From an uncultured delta proteobacterium (GTDB lineage: Bacteria; Desulfobacterota; BSN033; UBA1163): a DNA stretch of 64,000 nt. Made by a program: the position numbers and the translations under genes. Under the pieces are notes generated by a model. That model did not search any database and was not told the DNA's origin. It was given only the letters and a program-made list of their open reading frames with translations. Of this stretch, positions 26,575-36,789 are shown one piece after another. Location of the stretch: positions 32,001 to 96,000 of the forward strand of contig CAVPSJ010000019.1 of assembly GCA_963708295.1 (NCBI GenBank), read 5' to 3'. Every line of letters starts with the position of its first letter. Within the stretch, counting starts at the first letter, position 1.

Positions 26575-28554
26575 TTGACACAGTCTGAACCAGAAAAGGC
26601 TACTTATAATAATGCGTCCGTAGAAATACGTTTTGATTACAAGACAAATCTGTTTCTTGCTGTTCTTGCTTTATATCTCTTCATCGCTACTTGCTTCAAT
26701 ATCAATGGTTCTTCCGTGGGGATGTGGGGCCCATCCCTTGGTTCTTCCACGGGGATATGGAGCCCAAACTTTCCCAATCTCTTTGGAACCTCCAGAAATA
26801 TCAGAATTGATGAGTGGGCATTCCACACCCCTGCGATCTTGAGTCAGTGTAATAGCATCCCTCCTTTTCCGATTGAAAACTACTCTCTTGGTGGATATCG
26901 AGCCCCTCTGGTCATGAGTGTACCCGTCAAACATTTCAGCACCTTCTTAAGACCCCAATTCTGGCTCTTCTTTCTTGTGGGCACAGAAAGGGCTTTTGCT
27001 TTTTACTGGAGCATGAAACTTGTGTTTTTGATGGGAGGGGTTTTTCTTCTGCTCATGATGATCCTCGAGAACAATTTCGTCATATCTCTGTTTGGTGCAT
27101 TATGGGTCTGTTTCTCAGGCTACATTCAGTGGTGGTACTCGTCTCCGGCGGAGTGGCCTGAACTGGTTGGATGCTTTGCGCTCTTTACCACAGCACTTGT
27201 ACAGATCCTTGTCTCAAAGCGGAAGGTGATCATTGTCCTGTCGTCTCTTGTCTTTCTCATGTCTTTTTTCAATTTCGTTGCCTCTTTGTATCCTCCTCAC
27301 CAGGTGCCCCTCGTATACCTAAGTTGTTGCATTGTGATGGGAGTGCTCTTAACAAGATTTAGGTCTGTACTTTCTGAGCTATGGATGAATCCGTTCCGAC
27401 TGACCTTCGTCGTTCTCACATTCGTGCTTACAGCGGGATTACTCTTTCTCTTCTATTGCGACGCCCAATACACGTTGAAGGTGTTTGCCGATACGGTGTA
27501 TCCGGGCTTGAGACGTTTCACAGGAGGAGAAATATCCATTGCAAAAATCTTCAATGGTTTTTTTGGGATCTTTATGTCCGAGAGGAATTTCCCCAGGATT
27601 TGGGGTAACGTATGCGAATCAAGCAACTTCTTTCTCTTTTTTCCAGTTCCGATGATGCTTTTCGGTTGGGAATGGCTACGGCAAAAGAAAGTTTACCCTT
27701 TAAATGCCGGATTCGCTATATACATTGCGATCATTCTGGTTTGGTTAATTTGGGGGTTTCCGAAGCCAGTTGCTCAAGTCACATTATTTGATAGAGTTTT
27801 TGAAACAAGGTCATTGCTGTCACTCGGAATAGCCAGTATCATCTGGACTTGCCTGTTCTTGCATAGAATTACAAAAGAGAATACTGTTTATACATTGAAA
27901 TTCAAGATTTCTGTCACAGCAATTATGTTTATAGGAGTATTAATTTATGCATTTTATTTCAATGTTGTCGCCAAAAGCTTTGCATCGGTTTTCCAGATAA
28001 TAATTGTCTGTGCGTTTGTTCCTGTCGCCAGTTTCTTATTGCTTGGCAGAAAGGCCCTGTTATTTGCAGGACTGATCCTTATTCCTAACATCATGGTTCA
28101 TAGTATGGTCAATCCAATACGCATAGGCTTAAAACCGATACTAAACCATCCATTATACGAAAAAATCAATCACATTGTTCGCCAGGCCCCCGATGCGAAA
28201 TGGATTGTATACCTTCCCCCGATGACGAGGAGACCGCTTCTTGCAAATTTCACATATGCTGTGGGAGCAAGGGTTTTTAATGGGTTGAAGTACATACCCA
28301 ATCTTGATGAAATGAAAGAGTTAAGTTCTAAAAATAATGATATCGAAATTTACAATCGTCATGGTTACATTTCTCTGTCACCTGTAAGAGGATCAGAAAT
28401 CAGTTTTAGTTTATCAGACACGCCTGACCTTTACATGATTTCAGTAGATCCAGAGAACGATTGTTGGAAACGATTAGGGATCACATACTGTTTGTTGCCT
28501 TCTCCCGAGGGAATTTACCTTAATAAGTACCCGACAAGCCTTAATCGGCAATGA
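26575..28554 (+). CDS. Polytopic membrane protein, GT-C-fold glycosyltransferase-like
   Basis: N-terminal TM then loop with RIDEW acidic motif, >10 TM helices, YPP.Q and TVYPG.R motifs; AT-rich. Confidence 0.65.
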   Translation: MTQSEPEKATYNNASVEIRFDYKTNLFLAVLALYLFIATCFNINGSSVGMWGPSLGSSTGIWSPNFPNLFGTSRNIRIDEWAFHTPAILSQCNSIPPFPIENYSLGGYRAPLVMSVPVKHFSTFLRPQFWLFFLVGTERAFAFYWSMKLVFLMGGVFLLLMMILENNFVISLFGALWVCFSGYIQWWYSSPAEWPELVGCFALFTTALVQILVSKRKVIIVLSSLVFLMSFFNFVASLYPPHQVPLVYLSCCIVMGVLLTRFRSVLSELWMNPFRLTFVVLTFVLTAGLLFLFYCDAQYTLKVFADTVYPGLRRFTGGEISIAKIFNGFFGIFMSERNFPRIWGNVCESSNFFLFFPVPMMLFGWEWLRQKKVYPLNAGFAIYIAIILVWLIWGFPKPVAQVTLFDRVFETRSLLSLGIASIIWTCLFLHRITKENTVYTLKFKISVTAIMFIGVLIYAFYFNVVAKSFASVFQIIIVCAFVPVASFLLLGRKALLFAGLILIPNIMVHSMVNPIRIGLKPILNHPLYEKINHIVRQAPDAKWIVYLPPMTRRPLLANFTYAVGARVFNGLKYIPNLDEMKELSSKNNDIEIYNRHGYISLSPVRGSEISFSLSDTPDLYMISVDPENDCWKRLGITYCLLPSPEGIYLNKYPTSLNRQ

Positions 28555-29151
28555 GAGATCGCCGTTTCTTGTGAAAACTTGTGGGCAAAAACGAAGAATC
28601 CTTTTCTCAAGGCCCCTTCCAGAAGCCTCGTTCTCGGCATCTTCTTGCCCGATGCAACATTTCAATCGGAAATCATAAACCCTTGATGTAGATCGATACC
28701 CACTCTTTGTAGGTGTTATAAATAAGTCATTTAATGGTCTATCTTCGGGGGAAATACTATTAGTTCTTCAACAAGAAGATCGGAAACCAAAATGGAAGAA
28801 CAACTCTCATTCAGAGTCAGTTTCAACAATCAACAGGACTTTGTTGTCAAGAGTTGAGGCTAGGCCCGGAGGAGTTCCCATGGGCTGAAATGCAATCCAA
28901 AGGTACCTCTTCAATTGAAGCTCTCCTCTGATTTACGTAACATCAATCCTTCGTAAGAGCATACAGAATCTTTGCCCCAAAAGAATCCTTTTCCTGCCGA
29001 TCCAATCCCTAGATGGGAGCGCGACTTTTTTGAAATTCTTACTTCCAAAACTTATGGGCGTGGTATAAAATATGAACCATAGGGGAAAGCTCTGGGGTTT
29101 GGTGAGAATATCTTCATAAACCTTTTAATAAATAATGGGAAAGGAGCAGCC

Positions 29152-30237
29152 ATGAGAACGTATTGTCTTGTCGGCCTACTTGTCTTTGCGATGCTCGGCC
29201 CAGTGGCACTCGCCAACGGCGCGGAGGAGGTACGGCCACTGCCAAATCGGCAGGATGGTACTTTTATTGCCCGTGATTTTCAGTTTCAAAGTGGCGAATC
29301 CCTGCCGGAACTGAAGCTTGCCTACACAACACTCGGCACACCACAGCGAGATTCTTCCGGCAATATCACCAATGCTGTATTGCTGTTGCACGGCACAACA
29401 GGGACGGGCGCGAACTGGCTTGCGCCGTCGCTCAGCGAGGCGCTCTTTCGAGAAGGGCAGCCCCTCGATGCCGGTAAATACTATCTTATTCTGGCCGACA
29501 GCATCGGTCTGGGCCGCTCCGCGAAACCGAGTGACGGCCTCAAGGCCAAGTTTCCCCATTATGGCTATCGCGACATGGTGGAAGCGCAGTACCGGCTCGT
29601 CACCGAAGGCCTTAGCGTTAAGCATCTCCGGCTGGTTCTGGGCACCTCGATGGGTGGCATGCAGACTTGGCTTTGGGCAGAACGCTACCCCGACATAATG
29701 GACAGCGCAGTGGCCATCGCGAGTCAGCCCACGGAGATCTCCGGAAGAAACATGCTCTGGCGGCGGGTCATTGTAGAGGCGATCCGCAACGACCCCGATT
29801 GGAATGGCGGCAACTACACAACACCGCCGACCCGCTTTATCTTCGCCGTCCCCGTCTTTGCCATGATGGTGGACAGCGCCACCCATTTGCAGGCGATCGC
29901 CCCCACTCGCGAGAAGGCCAACGCTTACTATGACCAGATCGTGCAAAACGCGAAGCGACTCGACGCCAACGACTACCTGTATCGCTGGGAAGCCTCAGCC
30001 GACTACAATCCGCAGCCTGACCTCGATAAGATCAAGGCGAGATTCCTCGCCATCAATTTTTCGGACGATCTGCTCAATCCGGTCGAGCTCAAGGTCATGG
30101 AACGCGAGATGGGCCGGGTAAAGAATGGAAGTCATGTGATGATTCAGGGAGGAGAGAAGTCCCTGGGCCACCAGAATTTGTCCCAAGGTGCGCTGTGGGG
30201 ACCCTATGTTGCGGAATTCCTGAAGCCGCTTCCTTGA
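29152..30237 (+). CDS. Exported alpha/beta hydrolase (homoserine acetyltransferase-like)
   Basis: Signal peptide; LHGT, GTSMGG nucleophile elbow, DDLLNP, GH. Confidence 0.88.
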   Translation: MRTYCLVGLLVFAMLGPVALANGAEEVRPLPNRQDGTFIARDFQFQSGESLPELKLAYTTLGTPQRDSSGNITNAVLLLHGTTGTGANWLAPSLSEALFREGQPLDAGKYYLILADSIGLGRSAKPSDGLKAKFPHYGYRDMVEAQYRLVTEGLSVKHLRLVLGTSMGGMQTWLWAERYPDIMDSAVAIASQPTEISGRNMLWRRVIVEAIRNDPDWNGGNYTTPPTRFIFAVPVFAMMVDSATHLQAIAPTREKANAYYDQIVQNAKRLDANDYLYRWEASADYNPQPDLDKIKARFLAINFSDDLLNPVELKVMEREMGRVKNGSHVMIQGGEKSLGHQNLSQGALWGPYVAEFLKPLP

Positions 30238-30305
30238 CGCAGGGAATGCTTGCCATGACGCATAATCCAACACCCTCGTATGAAACCGCGTCAAGCAGCG
30301 ATGAC

Positions 30306-30656
30306 TTATTTCGGTTTTACGGTCTTTACTTCTGCACTACAAACGAATCCGTCGCCATTAAAGCCTACATACAAAATTTCGCTTCCTTCCAGTACCCGTC
30401 CAGTCATCACAATTTTTGTGTAGATCCAAAGTTCAATGCATCCTTCTTCGGTCTTCTGGATGGGTGCACTTGTATCGGGCTTGCCGAACAATTTTTCAAC
30501 GTCTGACTTGTTCTTCTTTTCGGCGCTCGTTAATAGCTTTACTTTCTTGGCATCGAACACCTTGTATGGCTCGGCATAAAGAAAGGACGAGTGAAAAAAG
30601 ACAAAGGCGATCACCAAGAATGAGAACGACCACCGCAGGCTCTTTTTTATCTTCAC
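30306..30656 (-). CDS. Exported hypothetical protein (SmpA/BamE-like pattern)
   Basis: Signal peptide; KSDVEKLFGKP...W.Y...LYVGF pattern; RBS aaggagg. Confidence 0.65.
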   Translation of the reverse strand: MKIKKSLRWSFSFLVIAFVFFHSSFLYAEPYKVFDAKKVKLLTSAEKKNKSDVEKLFGKPDTSAPIQKTEEGCIELWIYTKIVMTGRVLEGSEILYVGFNGDGFVCSAEVKTVKPK

Positions 30657-30956
30657 CGATTCCTCCTTTGACCGCGGAATTGCTTTGGCATCGAACCCAT
30701 GCTATCCATATCCTTCATTTCCGTCAAGCTGTATTTCATCCATGTCCCCAGATGAGTCCCGAAGTCATCAACATTCTATAAGAGCTTGCAGGGTCTTGGT
30801 CGCAAGAGAACCTTTTTCTTCCCGATTCAACCTTGAGATGCCAATGCGACTCCTTTGAAATTCTCACTTTCAAAAAATGTGGGGGTGGTATAAAATACAG
30901 ACCACAACATACTCTGAAATATTACGAGTCTGACCCTAAACGCTTAGCTCGAGAGA

Positions 30957-31760
30957 ATGGAAAAGAAGGACCGAAGCGATCTCAGGATAGCCGTCCACTT
31001 ATTGGAAAACCCAGGTCTGAGTATTCGATTGATCAATCTGCTCGGGTATCCCATCGAAGGAATCATAAAGGTCCTGCCGGGACGGATTGGGCGAGCGATT
31101 GGAAACGCGGCAATCAAAGCTGTCGGGACATCTTTCTATGCTGCGTTGTCTACGATGGACAAGAAGGGCCGCAGCAGTCCCTTTCGATCGCTTCATCGGG
31201 CGATGGTCATGGTCAGCGGGGCTGTTGGAGGCTTTTTCGGACTTCCAGGCTTGATCGTTGAACTTCCTATCTCGACAACACTGATGCTTCGTTCCATTGC
31301 TGACATCGCCCGAAGCGAAGGGGAAGACCTCTCCTCCGTGGATACCCACCTGGCATGTATCACTGTTTTTGCTTTAGGTGGAAGGTCAAGGAGTGACAAT
31401 GCCGCTGAGGCCGCCTACTATGCCGTTCGAGCGGCGCTGACACGGACTCTGTCGGAGGCCGCTGAATTCATAGCGCAACGGGGGATGATGGAGGAAGGCA
31501 CGCCGATCGTGATCCGGGTGATGGCGAACTTGGCATCCCGCTTAGGCGTCATCGTCACGGACAAGGTGGCGGCTGAAATGATACCGATCCTCGGAGCTCT
31601 CGGCGGCGCATCGATCAACTTACTTTTTATCAGCCACTTTCAGTCCGCCGCCCGGGGGCATTTCATTGTTCGACGGTTGGAGAGAAAGTACGGAGAAGAG
31701 ATCGTAAAAAGAGAATACGAAAAAGTGCTGGGAGAGCTGGGACATGGGGTCAAACGATGA
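30957..31760 (+). CDS. EcsC-family protein
   Basis: GAVGGFFGLPGL.VELP.STTLMLRSIADIARSEGEDL. Confidence 0.85.
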   Translation: MEKKDRSDLRIAVHLLENPGLSIRLINLLGYPIEGIIKVLPGRIGRAIGNAAIKAVGTSFYAALSTMDKKGRSSPFRSLHRAMVMVSGAVGGFFGLPGLIVELPISTTLMLRSIADIARSEGEDLSSVDTHLACITVFALGGRSRSDNAAEAAYYAVRAALTRTLSEAAEFIAQRGMMEEGTPIVIRVMANLASRLGVIVTDKVAAEMIPILGALGGASINLLFISHFQSAARGHFIVRRLERKYGEEIVKREYEKVLGELGHGVKR

Positions 31761-31821
31761 TAGAGCCGAGATAAGACTCCAAGGTCTCGCTTTAGTTCTC
31801 CTTGCCCAGGCCAAGCCGAGC

Positions 31822-32175
<354 letters not shown>

Positions 32176-32249
32176 TTAGCTTGGAGCAGAGATCGTAATA
32201 TTAAATCGAAATGAAACGATCAAGTTTTTTTTCCGAGCTCCGAACTTCA

Positions 32250-33560
32250 TCAAAAAGAATATCCTGCTTCGCCATGCTGACTGGTATCCAGACCAGTGAT
32301 CTCATGCTCTTCGCTCACTCTCAAACCCATGGTCCGATCAAGGACCTTCAATAGGATCCATGTGACCACGAAGGAATAAACCCAAACTGAACCGATGCTG
32401 AGTGCCTGAATCCCAATCAGCGAGGGATTTCCAAAGAGTAAGCCATTATTTCCTGCCGAATTAATTGCCTTTGTTGCAAACAACCCTGTCGCCAATACTC
32501 CCCACGTGCTTCCTACTCCATGAACGCCGACGACATCGAGAGAATCATCGTATCTGAATTTGTTCTTCAGGTTAATGGCATAATAGCATAATACTCCGGC
32601 AACCAGTCCGATGATGATCGCTGACATCGGACCCACGAACCCTGAGGCAGGTGTGATGGTAGCCAGTCCTGCAACGGCACCCGATGCTGCGCCAAGAACG
32701 GTTGGGTTGCCCCTGCATGCCCATTCAGCGATCATCCATGAAAGAGCCGCGGAAGCGGCGGAGAATTGAGTCACGACAAAAGCAGAGGTGGCAAGCGAAC
32801 CCGATGCGACTGCACTCCCCCCGTTGAAACCAAACCAGCCAAACCAGAGAATACCCGCACCCAGAAGGGTCATCGTCACATTGTGAGGAGGCATGAGTCC
32901 ATTTCCATAACCCCTTCTCTTTCCCACGACCAGGGCAGCCGCCAGGGCAGAAACTCCAGAGCTGATATGAACGACCAGCCCCCCTGCGAAATCAAGCCCG
33001 CCAAGATTCCTGATCCAGCCCCCTACTCCCCAGACCCAATGGGCAATGGGATCATAGACAAATGTTGACCAGAGGATGAGAAAGACAAGATAGGTCTTAA
33101 ATTTAAATCTTTCAGCAAATGCGCCGGTAATCAATGCGGGTGTGATCACGGCGAACATCATCTGAAAGATCATAAAAGCCTGATGGGGGACGGTGGCAGA
33201 ATAGTCAGGGAATGGATCAAGTCCCACACCTCTGAGTCCTGCCCAATCAAGACTTCCAATCACATGACCAATATCCGGTCCAAACGCGAGACTGTATCCG
33301 TAGAAAGCCCACTGGATGGTGATCACCCCCAGTGCAATAAAGCTTTGCATGATCGTCCCCAGGACATTTTTTGTTCTCACCATGCCTCCATAGAAAAGGG
33401 CCAGCCCAGGCGTCATCAACATCACCAGGGCGGCGGAGATCAGAAGCCAGGAGGTATCTCCTGAATCCGTTTTGGGGAGTGAGGCTGCCGGTTCCCCGGC
33501 AAAGGCAAACCCTGCGATGGACATGCTCGCCAACAACGATAGGAATAGGATTTTTTTCAT
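32250..33560 (-). CDS. amtB: Ammonium transporter
   Basis: LMTPGLALFYGG, FQMMFA, DFAGG.VVH, LWFGWFGFNGGS, DDSLDV.GVHG. Confidence 0.95.
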   Translation of the reverse strand: MKKILFLSLLASMSIAGFAFAGEPAASLPKTDSGDTSWLLISAALVMLMTPGLALFYGGMVRTKNVLGTIMQSFIALGVITIQWAFYGYSLAFGPDIGHVIGSLDWAGLRGVGLDPFPDYSATVPHQAFMIFQMMFAVITPALITGAFAERFKFKTYLVFLILWSTFVYDPIAHWVWGVGGWIRNLGGLDFAGGLVVHISSGVSALAAALVVGKRRGYGNGLMPPHNVTMTLLGAGILWFGWFGFNGGSAVASGSLATSAFVVTQFSAASAALSWMIAEWACRGNPTVLGAASGAVAGLATITPASGFVGPMSAIIIGLVAGVLCYYAINLKNKFRYDDSLDVVGVHGVGSTWGVLATGLFATKAINSAGNNGLLFGNPSLIGIQALSIGSVWVYSFVVTWILLKVLDRTMGLRVSEEHEITGLDTSQHGEAGYSF

Positions 33561-33632
33561 CACACACCTCCTCTGAAAAATGTGGTTAGGCTCCACGAGT
33601 CGCATGAATAAGAAACAATCTTTATAAGTGAC

Positions 33633-33660
33633 AAAAGCCCATTCCTCTTGGAACGGGCCT
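33633..33660 (-). terminator. Terminator-like hairpin in the amtB leader (possible attenuator)
   Basis: Minus strand aggcccgttcc-aaga-ggaatgggc-tttt, between the promoter (33721-33749) and the start codon. Confidence 0.5.
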
Positions 33661-33720
33661 ATCTTTTATAAAGGATGAATCTATTAAACCATTTGACTCC
33701 CACCCATTAAAGTGAGGCCC

Positions 33721-33749
33721 ACTATATCAAAAAAGGATTGCAATAGCAA
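33721..33749 (-). promoter_or_regulatory. Sigma70-type promoter for amtB-glnK
   Basis: Minus strand TTGCTA-17nt-TATAGT. Confidence 0.55.
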
Positions 33750-33859
33750 TCATCTGAACCGTGGGGCGTAGGGTAAGAGCTTTTAAGGGACGTCGCTTGG
33801 GTCCCAGGGGTTGATGTGTTACATTATTTTTTAGACGGACCCCTGGAAAGGAATCCTGC

Positions 33860-34927
33860 TTGCCTGCACCACTCTGTTGGAAGACCGCTATCTACCTTTT
33901 GATCGCTCTCACCTGCTGGAGTTGGGCGACCATGGAGCTACCTTCCTCTTATGCCGATCCACCGCCCCACCACACCCGGAAAGGGTTCAGGAATCTTTAC
34001 GACCCTTCGGAGCGCGGCCTTGGAGACCTCTTACGATGGCAACTGGGCCTGGGTCCGAGTGAGTCTCCCCTCGTTTCCCCGGATCAACTTCCACCTTATC
34101 AACCCGACGTGGTTAAGCCGGATCTCCTTCGAATCAAGAACCCCGATCCAAATCAGATTCAGATCACCTGGATAGGCCATTCCACCTTCCTCATTCAAAC
34201 GGAGGGCGTTAATATTCTGACGGATCCAACCTTCAACGACCGCTCCTCACCTTTTTCTGTCGGAGGCATCAGACGTCTGGTGCCACCCGGCCTCAAGCTG
34301 GAGGACCTTCCCACCATTCATGTGGTGATGATCAGCCATAATCACTATGACCACCTGGATAAGCAGACGGTTGAGGGCCTGGGAAATAAGCCAATCTACC
34401 TCGCTCCTCTGGGCCTTGCCAAATGGCTTAAGAAGAGGAAAATAAAAAATGTCGTCGAGCTCGATTGGTGGCAAACCTCTTCACAGGCAGGGGTGAAATT
34501 TTATTCCGTGCCAGTTCAGCATTTCTCCGGAAGGACGCCTTTTGACCGGAATGAAACTCTCTGGTCGGGCTGGATCATCGAAGGCAAAATGGGAAAGATC
34601 TTCTTTGCCGGAGATACAGGATATTCACCTGTATTCAGGGAGATCGGAAAGCGCTTCGGGCCCATGAGAGTCTCACTGATTCCCATCGGGGCCTACAGGC
34701 CGAGGTGGTTCATGAAGCCGGTTCACGTCGATCCTCCGGAGGCGGTCCGGATCCACCGGGACACGAATTCTCAGCAATCCATCGCCTCACACTGGGGGAC
34801 CTTTAAATTGTCGGACGAGCCCATCGGGGAGCCTCCGCGCTACTTGGAAAAAGCTCTAAAGGAGGCGGGCCTTGACGAGAAAAAATTTATCATCATGAGG
34901 TTCGGGGAAACGCTCTCCTTTCGTTGA
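33860..34927 (+). CDS. MBL-fold metallohydrolase (NAPE-PLD/RomA-like)
   Basis: WIGHST, SHNHYDHLD, QHFSGR, FAGDTGY, PIGAY, HWGTF. Confidence 0.9.
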   Translation: MPAPLCWKTAIYLLIALTCWSWATMELPSSYADPPPHHTRKGFRNLYDPSERGLGDLLRWQLGLGPSESPLVSPDQLPPYQPDVVKPDLLRIKNPDPNQIQITWIGHSTFLIQTEGVNILTDPTFNDRSSPFSVGGIRRLVPPGLKLEDLPTIHVVMISHNHYDHLDKQTVEGLGNKPIYLAPLGLAKWLKKRKIKNVVELDWWQTSSQAGVKFYSVPVQHFSGRTPFDRNETLWSGWIIEGKMGKIFFAGDTGYSPVFREIGKRFGPMRVSLIPIGAYRPRWFMKPVHVDPPEAVRIHRDTNSQQSIASHWGTFKLSDEPIGEPPRYLEKALKEAGLDEKKFIIMRFGETLSFR

Positions 34928-34956
34928 ACAGTACAAACGTATTCAATCCCTTACCA

Positions 34957-35238
34957 TCGTCGTTGCGAGCGATCCCGCCTTGGCAGAAGAGCGTGCCTGC
35001 ACGCCGGAGTGTCTTCCACAAACGCAACACTTTGCGTAGATAAATGTTTCGGCACGCAGGCGTGGCAATCTTACCCCTCATTCTGAAAATCTCCCCCCTG
35101 CCTTCGTCCCGCGAGGCGGGACTTCGCGCAGGCAGGTCGCCCCTCTTTGCCAAAGACGGGTAATTCCTCCCTTTTGTAAATGGTTCGACAGGCTCACCAT
35201 CCTGAGCTTGCCGAAGGAGGAATGGGAGGAGGGATTTG
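34957..35238. repeat. Cluster of nested miniature palindromic elements
   Basis: cgtcgttgcgag...gcaatct element with an insert; aaaatctcccc...gggattt element containing cctgcc..ggcagg and ttcgacaggctca inserts. Confidence 0.75.
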
Positions 35239-35303
35239 GGACGTGGTTTTCAGGTGCACTCTTAATAAAATCAAAAATTGGGGATTGATCGGAAGGATGG
35301 ACT

Positions 35304-35708
35304 TCAGTTCAGGAAACGTTTGATAATAGGAATTTTGAGGAATTGTACGCCTTCCTCCTTGAGGATGACCTCTTCTTCTGTCGTGGCCGTCCCTTTAATA
35401 TTCCTCTTCTCAGCCTCGCCGTAATGAATCTTAAGCGCCTCTTTGTAAAACTCAGCTCCTACGTCCTCAAAATGCTTTTCTATAAATTCGCTAACCAACT
35501 GGAGGGCTTTGCGAGGATCACTCTCCTCTTTCACTTCTTCTCCCCCTTTCTTGATTCCAAAAGGAGAAAAGGCCTTTTCTATCCGATTGTCCTCACAAAA
35601 AGGGCACGTCAGGATACCCGCAGACTTCTGCTCCTCGAAGGAGGCACCGTCCTTGAACCAGCACTCAAATTTGTGGCCGTTCGAACAGAAAAGGTCAAAG
35701 GCAATCAT
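35304..35708 (-). CDS. DUF1178-family protein
   Basis: MIAFDL.C.NGH.FE.WF, CPFC, EDVG.EF..EALKIHYGE. Confidence 0.9.
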   Translation of the reverse strand: MIAFDLFCSNGHKFECWFKDGASFEEQKSAGILTCPFCEDNRIEKAFSPFGIKKGGEEVKEESDPRKALQLVSEFIEKHFEDVGAEFYKEALKIHYGEAEKRNIKGTATTEEEVILKEEGVQFLKIPIIKRFLN

Positions 35709-35896
35709 CGAAAAATGAATAACACGTTACGATTCTTTTGGCAAGCAAAAGAAAAATGGAATCGTCATCCCTCACTCTCCTGTGGAAACTGACGGGGTCG
35801 GGCATCACTTCGGATCGTCCGCTTGATTAGATTTTCGGAAACATTCCTCCCCGGCCGCGGGATCTCCCCTACCCTTCAGTGAGGGATGATGTAGAA

Positions 35897-36733
35897 TCAC
35901 CCTTTGTACGTCAGCACCCGGCCCCAAAGACTCTTCGTCCCCCAGATGCCCGAGCGCAGGCATTCCAGCTGGACGATCTGACTGTGATCGACGAAGAGAT
36001 TCACTTCGGGGCCGTAGTTCTTGATATACCAGGCAAAGACCTCCGGCTCAGCCGCTTCGAACATCACCTTGTCGAGCCCTAAGGCATTGACAATCTTGGC
36101 CGGTACATCGGTTCGCCATACTTTTACGTTCTCGGTGATCCCTTCCGATTCGATCATGATCATATAAGCCCCTGCGTCGACGAATCGCTTCGCCTGGAGG
36201 ATGGCCCATTCGGGATCCCGTGTGCCCTCGGCCTCCAATTCTTCCGCGGCGCTGGCGCCGCCCGCGCCGAACTGGATCCCCACTTCGGGTTTGGGTTTCA
36301 GTCCTGCTTTCTTCACCTTCTCGACCAGCCGCAGCCAGTCGTCGGTGGGGATCGTGATGAACCCGGCGGAGATCTCGATGATGTCGAACCCGAGGTTCTT
36401 GCACTCTCCGATGTACCGATCGACAGCCTCACGTCCCTGCGTCAGGACGTGTTCCATGAAGCCGCCGGTATCGACCAGGACATCGTATTCGTGACAGAGG
36501 TCGATGAGTTCCTGGAGGGCTTCTCGCGGCATCAAGCTGAAGGAACCACCCGCGAACTTAAGGGCATCCACATAGGCTCCCATCGTTTCCAGGACGTCCT
36601 GCAGATAACGCTTGCCCATCGGCGTGTAATAGGGACCGCGGATCTCGGTGACACCACGGGAACGAGGTTTCGCCGGACGCTCATTGACCTTTAAAAACTC
36701 GAAGGCTCTGGGGGCTGTTTTAGGTTTTACCAT
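35897..36733 (-). CDS. Phosphosulfolactate synthase (ComA)/HSA32-like protein
   Basis: KPR..GVTEIRGPYY, VDALKFAGGS, GFDIIEIS, KPEVG, MIESEG, GPEVNL. Confidence 0.88.
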   Translation of the reverse strand: MVKPKTAPRAFEFLKVNERPAKPRSRGVTEIRGPYYTPMGKRYLQDVLETMGAYVDALKFAGGSFSLMPREALQELIDLCHEYDVLVDTGGFMEHVLTQGREAVDRYIGECKNLGFDIIEISAGFITIPTDDWLRLVEKVKKAGLKPKPEVGIQFGAGGASAAEELEAEGTRDPEWAILQAKRFVDAGAYMIMIESEGITENVKVWRTDVPAKIVNALGLDKVMFEAAEPEVFAWYIKNYGPEVNLFVDHSQIVQLECLRSGIWGTKSLWGRVLTYKG

Positions 36734-36789
36734 TTCTTATTCCTCCTCGTTTGGAATACTCTGGGACCTCATTTCCCTCTCTGTCTCAT

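Noticed and set aside
30686-30703. Sigma54 promoter (TGGCA...TGC)
   Set aside because: GG-to-GC spacing is 12 nt rather than the required 10.
35897-36733. Evidence of coenzyme M biosynthesis or methanogenesis
   Set aside because: Only a ComA-family gene is present, with no downstream pathway genes, in a bacterial context.
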